This document shows positions 1-9,199 of a DNA stretch of 49,748 bases, piece by piece. The stretch covers positions 1-49,748 of the IMG/VR virus record IMGVR_UViG_3300032216_000911. The stretch is one strand, 5' to 3'. The DNA comes from a virus (taxonomy: Duplodnaviria > Caudoviricetes). A program made the position numbers and the translations under genes. The notes beneath the pieces are model-generated. The model saw nothing but the letters and a program-made list of their open reading frames with translations, did no database searches and was not told where the DNA came from. Each line of letters starts with the position of its first letter. The first letter of the stretch is position 1.

Positions 1-26
1 ACATAAGATGTAAAAACGCTGGCCAT
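1..26 (-). CDS. 5' fragment of the next late-operon gene (MASVFTSY...), truncated by the window edge
   Basis: ATG at 26 preceded by AGGAG, just downstream of the glycosyltransferase stop; frame open to position 1. Confidence 0.55.
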
Positions 27-36
27 GGTAGGGCTC

Positions 37-1125
37 CTATTCGGCGGCTATCATATCCGATCCGGGGGGTGCTGTCACGAAGGCAAGGTTCGCTTGCAGT
101 CTTTCATCATTTGGCTCAAGTTCCGCCGCAATCTGGGCCTGTTTGATGCAGATATCGCTCAGGCCAAGATGCCAGGCAGAGATAGAGGCGAGGTCATGCG
201 GCTGCGCACCCCAGACGGCGGGGTCGCAGGTGTAGACCGCAAGCCGGTCGGTGATCTTCAGCGCTCGCATGGCGTAGGCGAAACACTCCTCCCAGCGTGA
301 CTGGCGATACATAAGCATAGCCAATTCACACCAGGGCTCGCGGGTGTTCGGGGCTTCGCCAGCCGCTGCGTGGAAGGCTTGCTCGGCCTCCTGATTAAGG
401 CCAAGCTCGCTATAGCACCGGCCCATGACACGGTAGGCGTAGCAGCGCTCGTTCATCCAGGTGGCTCGAGGAAGCGCCAGATAGGACTTGCAGGCGTCGA
501 TGCTTTCTTGCCACCTGGCGCGGAAGCTGAGTTCGCGAGCGTAGTAAAAGGCGTTACGGGGGCAGGCTGGGTCCTCCTTTACGGAAAGCTCCAATAGATC
601 CATGTACTGCCCCCGGTTCTTAGTCGGGTCTGGTTTGTGGACCGCAAGCAGCATATCGGTTTGCGCCCAGACTTCCGTAATGCGTCCATCAGGCACAGGA
701 TATTCGTGGCAGGGATGGTGCCAGAAATATCCGTTTCTGGCGTGGATCTTTTCGTAATAGAAGCTGATGCCGCATCCCCAGTCGAACATGTAGCGGAGAC
801 GGGTGGTTTCTCCCTTGATCCAGACACGCTCTATTTCCTCTCGCCAGCCCGGTTGAAGAACTTCGTCGATATCCAAGCTGATGCAGACATCAATCTCGCG
901 TGGGACAAGAGCAAGAGCCGCGTTACGAGCCAGATCAAATCGCCAAGGAGAAATGCAGATTTCATGCACAACCGCTCCATGACGGGCAGCTTCTTCTGGA
1001 AGACCATCTGTAGACCCCGTGTCTGCAATGATAATCATGTCAGCATCTGCGGCAGATTCACAGAAACGCTGAACGAAGTGTGCTTCGTTTTTGCTGATGG
1101 CGTAGACGGCGATCTTTAACCGCAT
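37..1125 (-). CDS. Glycosyltransferase family 2 with C-terminal TPR repeats
   Basis: GT-A motifs ISKNE, DTGSTD, RFDLARNAAL, SLDIDE (DxD), HE; helical TPR-like C-terminus (FYYAREL, YRVMGRCY, NTREPWCELA). Confidence 0.9.
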   Translation of the reverse strand: MRLKIAVYAISKNEAHFVQRFCESAADADMIIIADTGSTDGLPEEAARHGAVVHEICISPWRFDLARNAALALVPREIDVCISLDIDEVLQPGWREEIERVWIKGETTRLRYMFDWGCGISFYYEKIHARNGYFWHHPCHEYPVPDGRITEVWAQTDMLLAVHKPDPTKNRGQYMDLLELSVKEDPACPRNAFYYARELSFRARWQESIDACKSYLALPRATWMNERCYAYRVMGRCYSELGLNQEAEQAFHAAAGEAPNTREPWCELAMLMYRQSRWEECFAYAMRALKITDRLAVYTCDPAVWGAQPHDLASISAWHLGLSDICIKQAQIAAELEPNDERLQANLAFVTAPPGSDMIAAE

Positions 1126-1127
1126 GT

Positions 1128-1325
1128 TTACCCCGCATTCGCCAGCGACTGTATCTGCGCCGAGATAGCCGCAAGCTGCGCCTGTAGCTCTTCCAGCGTC
1201 GGCTTGGCGGGCTCTGTGGGTGCAGGCAGAGATGCGGCATAGGCGAGCGCCGCAGTCTCTTCCTCTGGCGTGTACTGGATGACCTTCACTTCACCAGTTT
1301 CGACGTTGACTTCAATGCGTTCCAT
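1128..1325 (-). CDS. Small tail-fibre-associated/assembly protein with C-terminal coiled coil
   Basis: Tightly packed after the fibre paralogs; RIEVNVETGEV...PTLEELQAQLAAISAQIQSL pattern. Confidence 0.6.
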   Translation of the reverse strand: MERIEVNVETGEVKVIQYTPEEETAALAYAASLPAPTEPAKPTLEELQAQLAAISAQIQSLANAG

Positions 1326-1334
1326 GTGTGCCTC

Positions 1335-2162
1335 CTATTCGTAGAGAATGTTAACGCTACCGGCATCGAAAGTGTCGGTGCCGTTGACTGTGGTTAATCT
1401 AATACCATCAAGAACGCCGGATAATGTTACAGAAGTTCCAGAAAACTGCATACCAGCAGAACTGCTTACTCCGATAACCATATGTGCAACCCAAATAAAA
1501 TTTCCAATATAACTAAAAATTGCTTGACCGTTAAATACGTTAGCCGCTGATGAGCTGTTAATTCCAAGCCCAGTGGTAAATGTTGCGTTTGTAGATGTAG
1601 TGCCTGAAATGAAAGAAGCCGAACCAGCATAACCGCTTGTCTTGAAAGTGCCGCCTGTGCTGAGTTGCATTTGTAAATTTGAACTTCCGCTAGTGCTAAT
1701 GCCATTGAACATCATAGTGATGCGCTTCACCCAACTCGGAATGCTAGTAAACGCGACAGAAACTACTTGAGTTACCGTCATCGTTGTAGAGGAGACAGTT
1801 TGGGATGAGCTAACAGTATATGTTCCAGTGTTGCCTGTTCCAGAAACAAACGCGGTTATGCTTGTTCCAGCAGTCACGCCGGTTCCGGTAAAGACTTGCC
1901 CAACCGAAAGAGCGCCTGATGCAACTGCCGTGACAGTCATTGTTGTGCCGCTAATCGACGCCGTAAATGATGCTGTAGCTGAATATGATGCTCCTTGCAC
2001 AATCTTTTGCGTAGATGACCACACTGACCCGTCAGTGGTGAAGATCACATTGCCAGCAGTCGTTGGCGATATGCTTGCGCCAAGCCCGCCGTAGCCGCCA
2101 GCGAGAATGCCAGAGCTACTAGCACCCTGCGCCATGACTGATATGTTGCGAGAGATGGTCAT
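1335..2162 (-). CDS. Tail-fibre tip paralog D (275 aa), with an extra ~70-aa Thr/Ser-rich beta insert
   Basis: Start re-assigned to MTISRN at 2162 (GGAG RBS, just after upstream stop); shares [15 protein letters not shown] and [13 protein letters not shown] with its neighbours. Confidence 0.8.
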   Translation of the reverse strand: MTISRNISVMAQGASSSGILAGGYGGLGASISPTTAGNVIFTTDGSVWSSTQKIVQGASYSATASFTASISGTTMTVTAVASGALSVGQVFTGTGVTAGTSITAFVSGTGNTGTYTVSSSQTVSSTTMTVTQVVSVAFTSIPSWVKRITMMFNGISTSGSSNLQMQLSTGGTFKTSGYAGSASFISGTTSTNATFTTGLGINSSSAANVFNGQAIFSYIGNFIWVAHMVIGVSSSAGMQFSGTSVTLSGVLDGIRLTTVNGTDTFDAGSVNILYE

Positions 2163-2173
2163 GGGGTGCTCCC

Positions 2174-2818
2174 TTATTCGTACATGATGTTGATGCTGCC
2201 CGCAGCGAAAACGTCTGTGGTGGCGGTTGTTGTTAATTGGACCCGGTCCAATGCGCCGGATAAGGTTCGCGGCGTAAATGAACCTGATGTAACACCGTTT
2301 TGAGCCGTTGTGCCGCTGTTGCGAGTTGAAACTGTGGAGCAGCCCCAAACATTTCCAGTGATGTTGTTTAAAACAATGGTGGCAGACAATGTTTGTGTGG
2401 ACACAGAAAAAGCGCCAACAAAGAACCCGTTGCTGGCCCCGTTGTTCCCGCCTGCGGCGCTGGTCTGCGATATATAACCAGTACTACCGGCATAACCGGT
2501 AGTAACATACGAACCAGAGCCAATTTGTATTATAAAGCTAGAAGCAGCATTTGTCCGAACTTCATTAAGCGATATCGTAATGCGCTTCACCCATGAAGGG
2601 ATTCCAGTAAACCCGATAGCTGTCCCGCTGGTTGTTGCGACAGATGTACCCTGCACAATCTTCTGCGTCGACGACCAAACAGACCCATCCGCCGTAAAGA
2701 TCACATTGCCCGCAGTCGTTGGCGACAATGACGCGCCAGTGCCGCCATAAGTTCCAGCAAGAATGCCCGCCGTACTAGCACCCTGCGCCATCGTTGAAAG
2801 GTTACGAGCATTTGCCAT
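2174..2818 (-). CDS. Tail-fibre tip paralog C (214 aa)
   Basis: Same N-terminal RN.S.MAQGAS..GIL.G.YGG motif and C-terminal domain as paralogs B and D. Confidence 0.8.
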   Translation of the reverse strand: MANARNLSTMAQGASTAGILAGTYGGTGASLSPTTAGNVIFTADGSVWSSTQKIVQGTSVATTSGTAIGFTGIPSWVKRITISLNEVRTNAASSFIIQIGSGSYVTTGYAGSTGYISQTSAAGGNNGASNGFFVGAFSVSTQTLSATIVLNNITGNVWGCSTVSTRNSGTTAQNGVTSGSFTPRTLSGALDRVQLTTTATTDVFAAGSINIMYE

Positions 2819-2827
2819 TAGCTATTC

Positions 2828-3457
2828 CTACTCGTAGAGGATGTTGACGCTACCAGCGTCGAAGGTGTCTGCACTTACGGTTGTAAGGCGTACGCGGTCT
2901 AACACACCACCCAAAGTCAAAACGGTTCCAGTTGACCAGACCGTTGCGGAAGTTGCTGCGCTTACGTACGCAGTTCCAGAATAAACCCATGTGTTGCCAG
3001 TAATGTTCACCAAAACAGAATATCCAGTTATTGTATCGGTATTTGCACCATAACTTGAAACAACAAAACCGGCGGTTGCGGATGTGGAGGCAATAAGCGG
3101 GGTCGCATTGATGATACCCGCTCTTGAGACGTATCCAGTTGTTGTAAAAGTAGTTGAACCAATTTGTATTATTAAAGTTGATGTTCCGCCCGTAGAAACG
3201 CCATTCATCATCACAGTAATGCGCTTCACCCAGCTTGGTATTGCAGTGAAATCAATCGCGGTTCCGCTGGTTGTGGCCTGCGATGTGCCTTGAACAATCT
3301 TCGCGGTCGATGACCAAGTTGTCCCGTTAGTCGTAAAGATGGTGTTGCCAGCCGTTGTCGGAGACACGCTGCCACCGAGCCCGCCATAGGTGCCGCCAAG
3401 GATACCCGCCGAGCTGGCTCCCTGCACCATGATTGATCCGTTGCGAGTAATGCTCAT
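2828..3457 (-). CDS. Tail-fibre tip paralog B (209 aa)
   Basis: Paralogous to C, D and to the last ~165 aa of the collagen fibre. Confidence 0.8.
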   Translation of the reverse strand: MSITRNGSIMVQGASSAGILGGTYGGLGGSVSPTTAGNTIFTTNGTTWSSTAKIVQGTSQATTSGTAIDFTAIPSWVKRITVMMNGVSTGGTSTLIIQIGSTTFTTTGYVSRAGIINATPLIASTSATAGFVVSSYGANTDTITGYSVLVNITGNTWVYSGTAYVSAATSATVWSTGTVLTLGGVLDRVRLTTVSADTFDAGSVNILYE

Positions 3458-3466
3458 GGGCTGTTC

Positions 3467-6037
3467 CTACTCGTACAGGATGTTGACGGAACCGGCGTCG
3501 AAGGTATCTGTGCCATTCACTGTGGTAAGGCGAACTCGGTCAAGGACGCCACCGAGAGTGACATCGCCCCCGCCAAACAAGCAAGCAGTAGTTGCCGTTT
3601 TAAGAGTATGGGAGCTTATCCATAAATTTGAACCCATCGTCGTAAGCAACATATGACCAGAAGAAGTACTGGTGGCTGCTGAACTATAAACAACCATGCC
3701 TGCGGTTGAAGATGTATTCGCCCCACCAGCGCCACCCGTTATGGTTTGACCCGTTGAAATGTATCCAGTCACCGTAACGCTGCCTGCGCCAATTTGAATG
3801 AGAAATGGCGACGTTCCGCTGGTGCTAACACCATTAAACATTACTGTGACGCGCTTCACCCAGCTTGGAATGCTAGTAAAGTCGATGCTCGTGCCGCTCG
3901 TTGTAGCAACAGATGTCCCACGCACAATTTTCTGCGTAGACGCAAACGTCGATCCATCCGTAGAGAACGGCACGTCGCCGATAGCAGACGGAGCAAATCC
4001 CTGAACGCTTGTGGAGCCAGACCAAGACGTTAACTGCCCACTGGCGGGGGTGCCGGTGATTGTCACCGCGCCAGTCACCGAGCCAACAGTGAAGCCAACT
4101 ACATCGACAAGATCGCCCGCAGAGGCGGCGACTGCAAGCACCACAGACGTGCCGGTGGTGGCCGTGTAGTCAGTGGCGTTCAGCAACATGCCGTTGAGGT
4201 ACACTTGAACGTAGTTGACGCTGTATGTGGCCGTGAAGCTTGTTTGCCCGGCGGTGGCCGTGATGCTGGTGCGGTTGTAGCCGCCTGAGTAGCCAGCAAT
4301 GGTCAGCGCGACTAAATCAACCGTGTCGCCAGCCGCCGTGCCGGTGGCAAGCACAACGGCGCTGCCGGATGAGGCCGTATAGTCAGTCGGGTCAAGCAGG
4401 ACGCCGTTCAGGTAAACCTGAATGTAGCCGGGCGTGTACGAAGCCGTGAAGCTAGTCTGGCCCGCAGTGCCCGTGTAGGTGGTGCGGGTGTAGCCGCCGC
4501 TGCTGAACGTGCCAATGTTGAGCGCGATGACATCAACAAGGTCGCCAGATGCAGCCGCCGCCGCCAGCACAACGGTCGTGCCGGTGCTTGCCGTGTAGTC
4601 CGCGCTGTTGAGCAAAACGCCGTTAAGATAGACCTGAACATAGCCAACCGTGTAGGAGGCCGTGAAGCTGGTCTGACCTGCGGTCGCGGTGAACGTAGTG
4701 CGGGTGTAGGTGCCCCCGCCAGAACCGCCGGGAATGTTCACCGTGACAGCAGTGCCAACCGCAGAGGCCGTGACCCCAGACCCTGTGAAGTCGAAGCTGG
4801 TAACGCCGGAGGTGAGAAGCGATCCCTCATCTGACACCGAGATGTTGGTGCCGGTGCCAGCGGGGCCGGTCGGGCCGGTGGGGCCGTTGTTTCCAGTCGT
4901 GCCAGTAGGGCCCGTTGGCCCAGTGGGGCCAGACGCTCCGGTTGAACCTGTAGGGCCTGTTGGCCCAGTGGGCCCTCCAACGCCTGTGCTGCCCGTGGGG
5001 CCTGTGGGGCCGGTTGGGCCTCCAACGCCCGTGCTACCGGTAGGCCCAGTTGGGCCCGTTGGGCCACCGACACCCGTGCTTCCGGTGGGGCCAGTAGGTC
5101 CAGTGGGCCCACCCACGCCCGTGCTGCCCGTAGGTCCAGTAGGCCCCGTTGGACCTCCAATACCTGTGCTTCCCGTAGGGCCGGTAGGCCCGGTCGGACC
5201 CGTCACACCTTGAATGCCTTGTGAGCCTGTCGGCCCGGTCGGCCCAGTTGGGCCCGTAATGCCCTGAATGCCTTGAGGCCCTGTTGGGCCAGTCGGACCC
5301 GTTGGCCCAGCAACAGTTGATGCAGCTCCCGTAGGACCAGTAGGACCGGTCGGGCCCGTGGGCCCCGTAACGCCTTGAATGCCCTGTGATCCCGTAGGTC
5401 CTGTCGGCCCTGTGGGTCCCGTAGGCCCTGCTACAGTCGATGCTGCACCCGTAGGTCCTGTGGGCCCAGTAGGGCCAGTGGGTCCTGCAACATTGGATGC
5501 AGCTCCGGTAGGTCCAGTTGGGCCTGTCGGACCCGTGGGCCCGGTGGGGCCATTCGGGCCCGTAACGCCCTGTATGCCCTGAGGCCCCGTGGGCCCCGTA
5601 GGGCCAGTCGGCCCGGTCGGCCCCGTCGGCCCATACGGGCCCGCATTCCCCTGCGGACCCGTGGGGCCCGTGGGGCCTGTAGGACCGCGAGGGCCAGTGG
5701 GGCCGGCCTCGCCCGTGCTTCCCTGCGATCCCGTAGGCCCTGTGGGGCCCGTGGGGCCGGTTGGCCCGGTAGGACCCGTAATGGCGTTTCCCTGGGGGCC
5801 GGTGGGGCCAGTGGGGCCTGTAGGGCCGGGGACAGACGAAGCAGCGCCTGTAGGACCCGTGGGTCCAGTGGGGCCAGTGGGTCCTATGACGCCAAGAAAC
5901 TGTGCGAGGGTCGCGCGCTTGGTGATCCCACCCTGAACAACAATAGTTGTGTCGGCAGACGTTGGGTTTTCCGCCAACGGAAGCTGCGTGATCTTGGTCG
6001 GGATTAGGTTTGTAGGGACGCGCGGATTGTTCGTCAT
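3467..6037 (-). CDS. Collagen-like tail fibre/whisker: N-terminal KITQLP anchor, long Gly-Pro-Thr triple helix, three ~72-aa beta repeats, C-terminal tip domain
   Basis: About 340 aa of G-X-Y dominated by GPT; 3x [30 protein letters not shown]; ends ...[14 protein letters not shown]. Confidence 0.9.
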   Translation of the reverse strand: MTNNPRVPTNLIPTKITQLPLAENPTSADTTIVVQGGITKRATLAQFLGVIGPTGPTGPTGPTGAASSVPGPTGPTGPTGPQGNAITGPTGPTGPTGPTGPTGSQGSTGEAGPTGPRGPTGPTGPTGPQGNAGPYGPTGPTGPTGPTGPTGPQGIQGVTGPNGPTGPTGPTGPTGPTGAASNVAGPTGPTGPTGPTGAASTVAGPTGPTGPTGPTGSQGIQGVTGPTGPTGPTGPTGAASTVAGPTGPTGPTGPQGIQGITGPTGPTGPTGSQGIQGVTGPTGPTGPTGSTGIGGPTGPTGPTGSTGVGGPTGPTGPTGSTGVGGPTGPTGPTGSTGVGGPTGPTGPTGSTGVGGPTGPTGPTGSTGASGPTGPTGPTGTTGNNGPTGPTGPAGTGTNISVSDEGSLLTSGVTSFDFTGSGVTASAVGTAVTVNIPGGSGGGTYTRTTFTATAGQTSFTASYTVGYVQVYLNGVLLNSADYTASTGTTVVLAAAAASGDLVDVIALNIGTFSSGGYTRTTYTGTAGQTSFTASYTPGYIQVYLNGVLLDPTDYTASSGSAVVLATGTAAGDTVDLVALTIAGYSGGYNRTSITATAGQTSFTATYSVNYVQVYLNGMLLNATDYTATTGTSVVLAVAASAGDLVDVVGFTVGSVTGAVTITGTPASGQLTSWSGSTSVQGFAPSAIGDVPFSTDGSTFASTQKIVRGTSVATTSGTSIDFTSIPSWVKRVTVMFNGVSTSGTSPFLIQIGAGSVTVTGYISTGQTITGGAGGANTSSTAGMVVYSSAATSTSSGHMLLTTMGSNLWISSHTLKTATTACLFGGGDVTLGGVLDRVRLTTVNGTDTFDAGSVNILYE
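4085..4715 (-). repeat. Three tandem ~72-aa coding repeats in the collagen fibre
   Basis: Repeated T(A/G)TAGQTSFTA(S/T)Y...QVYLNG(V/M)LL...DYTA..G..VVLA...GD.VD. Confidence 0.85.
4860..5885 (-). repeat. Collagen G-X-Y coding repeat, including ~45-bp higher-order units ([15 protein letters not shown])
   Basis: Directly visible 9-bp periodic sequence with synonymous variation. Confidence 0.95.
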
Positions 6038-6336
6038 GGAACCAGATACCCATCGCCTTCTTCACCGATGATGAAGAGGTCATCATCCTGCGAGATCGTG
6101 CCAAGCATGTTGAGCGCGATATTAGTGTCTGGACGAGGATGGCCCAAGTCAATTCTTTCGGGCTGGCGAGCCGCAAGCCGGTATGGGTCGAACTGATCCT
6201 TGTCCTCGGCGCACACATAGAGGCCCGGATAATTAGGGTCCGAAGAAAGATCCTCAAGCGACATCTTTCGCGAGCACCGGGCGCAGATCCCGATGCCGAA
6301 GGTGGATTTGCCGCGTGGGTCGAGGAAGATGCTCAT
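6034..6336 (-). CDS. Conserved phage virion-module protein with CxxC...C motif
   Basis: ATGA overlaps on both sides; GICARCSRK...LYVC...PRPD. Confidence 0.7.
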   Translation of the reverse strand: MSIFLDPRGKSTFGIGICARCSRKMSLEDLSSDPNYPGLYVCAEDKDQFDPYRLAARQPERIDLGHPRPDTNIALNMLGTISQDDDLFIIGEEGDGYLVP

Positions 6337-7421
6337 CGCGTATATGGCGAAATGTTTGGGGCAAAGTAGATCGGCGAGTTGTCCCGCTCCTCGTCTTGCG
6401 CAATCCGCAGGGCCTCATCAGCCGTCGCCTTGATTGGGCCGACTAGCTGAAGATCGAAGTCTGGGAGTTCCATCGCTAGACGCCACGCAAGTTGCCAGAC
6501 AATGGTCTCGTACCAGCGCTGCGGGATATCAAGCTCGTCCGTGAGGGTGCCAACATCCATGATGTAGCGCTGGCGCCAGATGGTGAACTGACCGAACATG
6601 TTGGTCGTGTCCGTAACCGGCCAGATTCGCATCACCGGATAGTCACGCTGGCGGTCGAACCAATACTGAAGCGGACGCCCTTGGAACGCCTTGTTCGGTA
6701 GGTTCGTCCAGTCGTCGCGGTTCATGCGAGCGAGCGGGATTTCAGTGGGGTTGTTCGCCGCGTAAAACTCGACGACGTTCAGCGTATTGCCACCCGTCTC
6801 GCGCATACGGAAATAGTTGACCGGCTGGGTGCCGTCGATGTCGTACCACTGCCACTGGCCTGCGGTGTAGAGAACCGAGCCAGGCGACAGGGACGAGGTC
6901 CACGTCACGCCATCGTTTGACCATTCAAAGGCGATGTTGAAGTAACCGGTGGTCGCCATCATCACGCCGACCGTCGTCACCTGCACCTGCGACTGCGGGT
7001 TGGTGACAGGCTCAGCGCCGATGTAGGCGATCTCAATGTTCCCGTTTATGCCCGTCTGGGCGCAGGACGTGTCGAGATCACCATCAAAGGCGAACGATGG
7101 AATGCCCCCCGGCGAGCTGTACTGCACCGGCCCATTCTGCCGAGACAGCCAGCGGAAATTGGCATTCAGGATGTCCATCGTGCCCTTGGGCGGCGTGATT
7201 GCCGCTTGACCGAGATAGAGGGGGAGGATCTCTTTCTCGATGCACCAAAGAGGGACACCCTGGCTGCCAAGCGACGACAACAGCAGAAAGAGGTCATCTT
7301 TCGCCATGTCGATCAGCTCAGACGTAATCTGTTGCGGCTGCATACGGCAGCGCCGGAAGGCGTGGTCAATCACCTTCCGGGTTTTGAATACGGTCGTCGA
7401 AACTGTGCCAGATACGGCCAT
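6333..7421 (-). CDS. Head-tail adaptor/tail-tubular-A-like protein with an inserted discoidin (F5/8-like) domain
   Basis: Helical N- and C-termini (VIDHAFRRC; GRPLQYWFDRQ; DIPQRWYETIVWQLAWRLA); central AFDGDLDT...SNDGVTW...YFRMR. Confidence 0.6.
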   Translation of the reverse strand: MAVSGTVSTTVFKTRKVIDHAFRRCRMQPQQITSELIDMAKDDLFLLLSSLGSQGVPLWCIEKEILPLYLGQAAITPPKGTMDILNANFRWLSRQNGPVQYSSPGGIPSFAFDGDLDTSCAQTGINGNIEIAYIGAEPVTNPQSQVQVTTVGVMMATTGYFNIAFEWSNDGVTWTSSLSPGSVLYTAGQWQWYDIDGTQPVNYFRMRETGGNTLNVVEFYAANNPTEIPLARMNRDDWTNLPNKAFQGRPLQYWFDRQRDYPVMRIWPVTDTTNMFGQFTIWRQRYIMDVGTLTDELDIPQRWYETIVWQLAWRLAMELPDFDLQLVGPIKATADEALRIAQDEERDNSPIYFAPNISPYTR

Positions 7422-8546
7422 TTAGCAACCGACCTTTCCACCCTTCTTCATCATGCCAGGCGCGTTCTCAGGGGTTGCCTGAGTAGCAGCGCGAGCCATG
7501 GCGGCGCGGATAGCGCCAACGTCAGGCTTGCCCGAGCGAGAGCGACCCACGCCGATGCGAGGGCCGCCAGCCATAGGAGCGGCCTGCTGCGGGATCATAG
7601 GCGACCGAGGAGCAACCGGAACCCCGCTAGGGCGGGCTCCCATCTGCTGGAGAGGGCTTGCAACTCGAGGGGCTGCGAGGGCCATACCTCCATCAGCGTA
7701 GGGGGTCTTCTTCTGACCTTTCAAAGACGCCTCGATGGCGTTAGACTTAGCCATCTGAACGGCAGGGCCGCCCATAGCCTTCTTAAGGGCATCGGGCTTG
7801 ACCATGCTCTTAATCATGGCCCTGTCCTGCGCTGCATCCTCATGAGGCATCCCGCCCTTCTTGAGGTTAGATGGGCGGCGCGGAGGCATGGGCATGTCCT
7901 TCGCCTTGCCGTAGAAGTCCTCGTCGGTGGACTGCGGGATCTTGCCGCTTTTGATGTCCTTCACGGATACAGAGTCAATCTTGCCACCGTGAGACTTCTT
8001 GGCCTTGCCCGCCTCGCTGAGAGCGATAGCAACAGCCTGCTTGGGGTTCGTGACCTTCGGTCCCTTCTTGGAGCCGGAGTGCAGTTTGCCTTCGCCAAAT
8101 TCGTGCATGACCTTGCTGACCTTGCCGCCCTTCTTGTAGGCAACGCTTTGGTCAGAAGACTTCGAAGATTCGTCAGAACCGCGAGGGTTGACCACAAGAG
8201 GACGAGACCGACCCTTAAGGCGGCGGCCAACATCTTTCGCGGCATTTTCCGTCCACATTGGGTCATTCCAATCCGTAACGCGCGGATTGGGGGTGGGAAC
8301 ATTGTCGCCGTAGCCGGTGTAATCATCTTCGCCCGGCATCCTGCCAGCCTGCGCCGCCATGCCACCAACAGCCTTCTTCATCGGCCCCTTCGGCTTACCC
8401 ACGCCGATGATGACCATCATGCCCTTGGGCTCTTTCTCGACCTTGCCGCCCTTGGCGAACATAGGCCCAGTGACCTTGTTAGGGGCGCTGCTGGTGAAAC
8501 CAGCGGCAGAGGGAAACTCGAAGTCTTTGACGTAGCGAATGGCCAT
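7422..8546 (-). CDS. Basic modular protein (374 aa) with ~9 xA/KxGG tags and an embedded DUF6496-like module
   Basis: Start re-assigned to MAIRYVKDFEF at 8546, 1 nt after upstream stop; KVMHEFGEGKLHSGS...PKQAVAIALSEA resembles DUF6496. Confidence 0.75.
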   Translation of the reverse strand: MAIRYVKDFEFPSAAGFTSSAPNKVTGPMFAKGGKVEKEPKGMMVIIGVGKPKGPMKKAVGGMAAQAGRMPGEDDYTGYGDNVPTPNPRVTDWNDPMWTENAAKDVGRRLKGRSRPLVVNPRGSDESSKSSDQSVAYKKGGKVSKVMHEFGEGKLHSGSKKGPKVTNPKQAVAIALSEAGKAKKSHGGKIDSVSVKDIKSGKIPQSTDEDFYGKAKDMPMPPRRPSNLKKGGMPHEDAAQDRAMIKSMVKPDALKKAMGGPAVQMAKSNAIEASLKGQKKTPYADGGMALAAPRVASPLQQMGARPSGVPVAPRSPMIPQQAAPMAGGPRIGVGRSRSGKPDVGAIRAAMARAATQATPENAPGMMKKGGKVGC

Positions 8547-8547
8547 G

Positions 8548-8793
8548 TTACTTCCCCTTTCGCCGAGCAGCGGCGGCGTTATCGACAAGATTTGGATAGG
8601 GTCGCCCAGCAGCAGCGGCGTGTGCCTTGGCTGATGCTTTCTGTTTCTTTGAAAGGTGGCTTGACTCTCCATCGGGAGCAGGCTTGTCCCAGAAGGGCTT
8701 AACCTTGCCTCCACGGGCGTAGCCGTCAGCAGAGCTGCCAAAGCCAGAGCCCTTGGAAAAGTCAAACTCGCCATATATCGGGCCCTTGGTCAT
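8548..8793 (-). CDS. Small basic protein with a leader ending in YARGG
   Basis: GGAG RBS before MTKGPIY at 8793; C-terminal LSKKQKASAKA.A..AGRPYPNLVDN resembles a recurrent phage small-protein motif. Confidence 0.7.
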   Translation of the reverse strand: MTKGPIYGEFDFSKGSGFGSSADGYARGGKVKPFWDKPAPDGESSHLSKKQKASAKAHAAAAGRPYPNLVDNAAAARRKGK

Positions 8794-8794
8794 G

Positions 8795-9199
8795 TCAGCT
8801 CCCATACAATTCTAAATAAGCCTCAGCCTCTTTGGCATTTTGGCTAGATAGAAGATAGATCTGAGCAAACTCTAGCAATTCAGGAGAGTCTTGAAAAAGC
8901 CCCAGCCCCTTATTGCAGCGGTTACACAACATGCCACGTATTTTATTTGTTGAATGACAATGATCAACAACCAAAGCAGTTTGATCGCCACATATTGTGC
9001 ATTCAAAGGTGCTTTTTATGATTTCATCTAGGTGGAAGTCTGAAATCATGCTGCGATATTTTCCGCGCCGTGTTTCAGAGCGATACATAGACCGACACGC
9101 CCTGCACCAGCTATCAAGGCCGTTTATTTTTTTGTTATGCAAAGGAAAAAATTCTGGCGTACCAGGTTTTTCCTGTTTGCAACGGGTGCATTGAATCAT
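8795..9199 (-). CDS. Endonuclease VII-like HNH (putative free-standing homing endonuclease)
   Basis: CTRCK...CRAC zinc motif; CTICG...VVDHCH...RGMLCNRCNKGLG; AT-richer than flanks; ATGA overlap with upstream stop. Confidence 0.85.
   Translation of the reverse strand: MIQCTRCKQEKPGTPEFFPLHNKKINGLDSWCRACRSMYRSETRRGKYRSMISDFHLDEIIKSTFECTICGDQTALVVDHCHSTNKIRGMLCNRCNKGLGLFQDSPELLEFAQIYLLSSQNAKEAEAYLELYGS

Noticed and set aside
2163-2348. N-terminal extension of the 337-aa ORF
   Set aside because: Overlaps the upstream paralog out of frame; paralog alignment and RBS place the start at 2162
1335-3960. Diversity-generating retroelement or invertible shufflon acting on the tip paralogs
   Set aside because: No reverse transcriptase or invertase in the window; copies differ at many synonymous non-adenine positions and all lie on one strand with their own starts
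4860-5885. CRISPR array or non-coding tandem repeat
   Set aside because: Repeats are 9-bp codon periodicity with synonymous variation and no unique spacers
5034-6257. 407-aa alternative-frame ORF and antisense GPV-repeat ORFs over the collagen gene
   Set aside because: By-products of stop-poor GC-rich collagen codons; no RBS or independent motifs
7206-8702. 498-aa plus-strand ORF (also 11234-12052, 13074-13814, 15581-16420)
   Set aside because: Antisense shadows of strongly codon-biased minus-strand genes; no recognisable motifs
8547-8774. Signal-peptide-like N-terminus of the 450-aa ORF
   Set aside because: Overlaps the better-supported 8548-8793 gene; the shared leader motif supports a start at 8546
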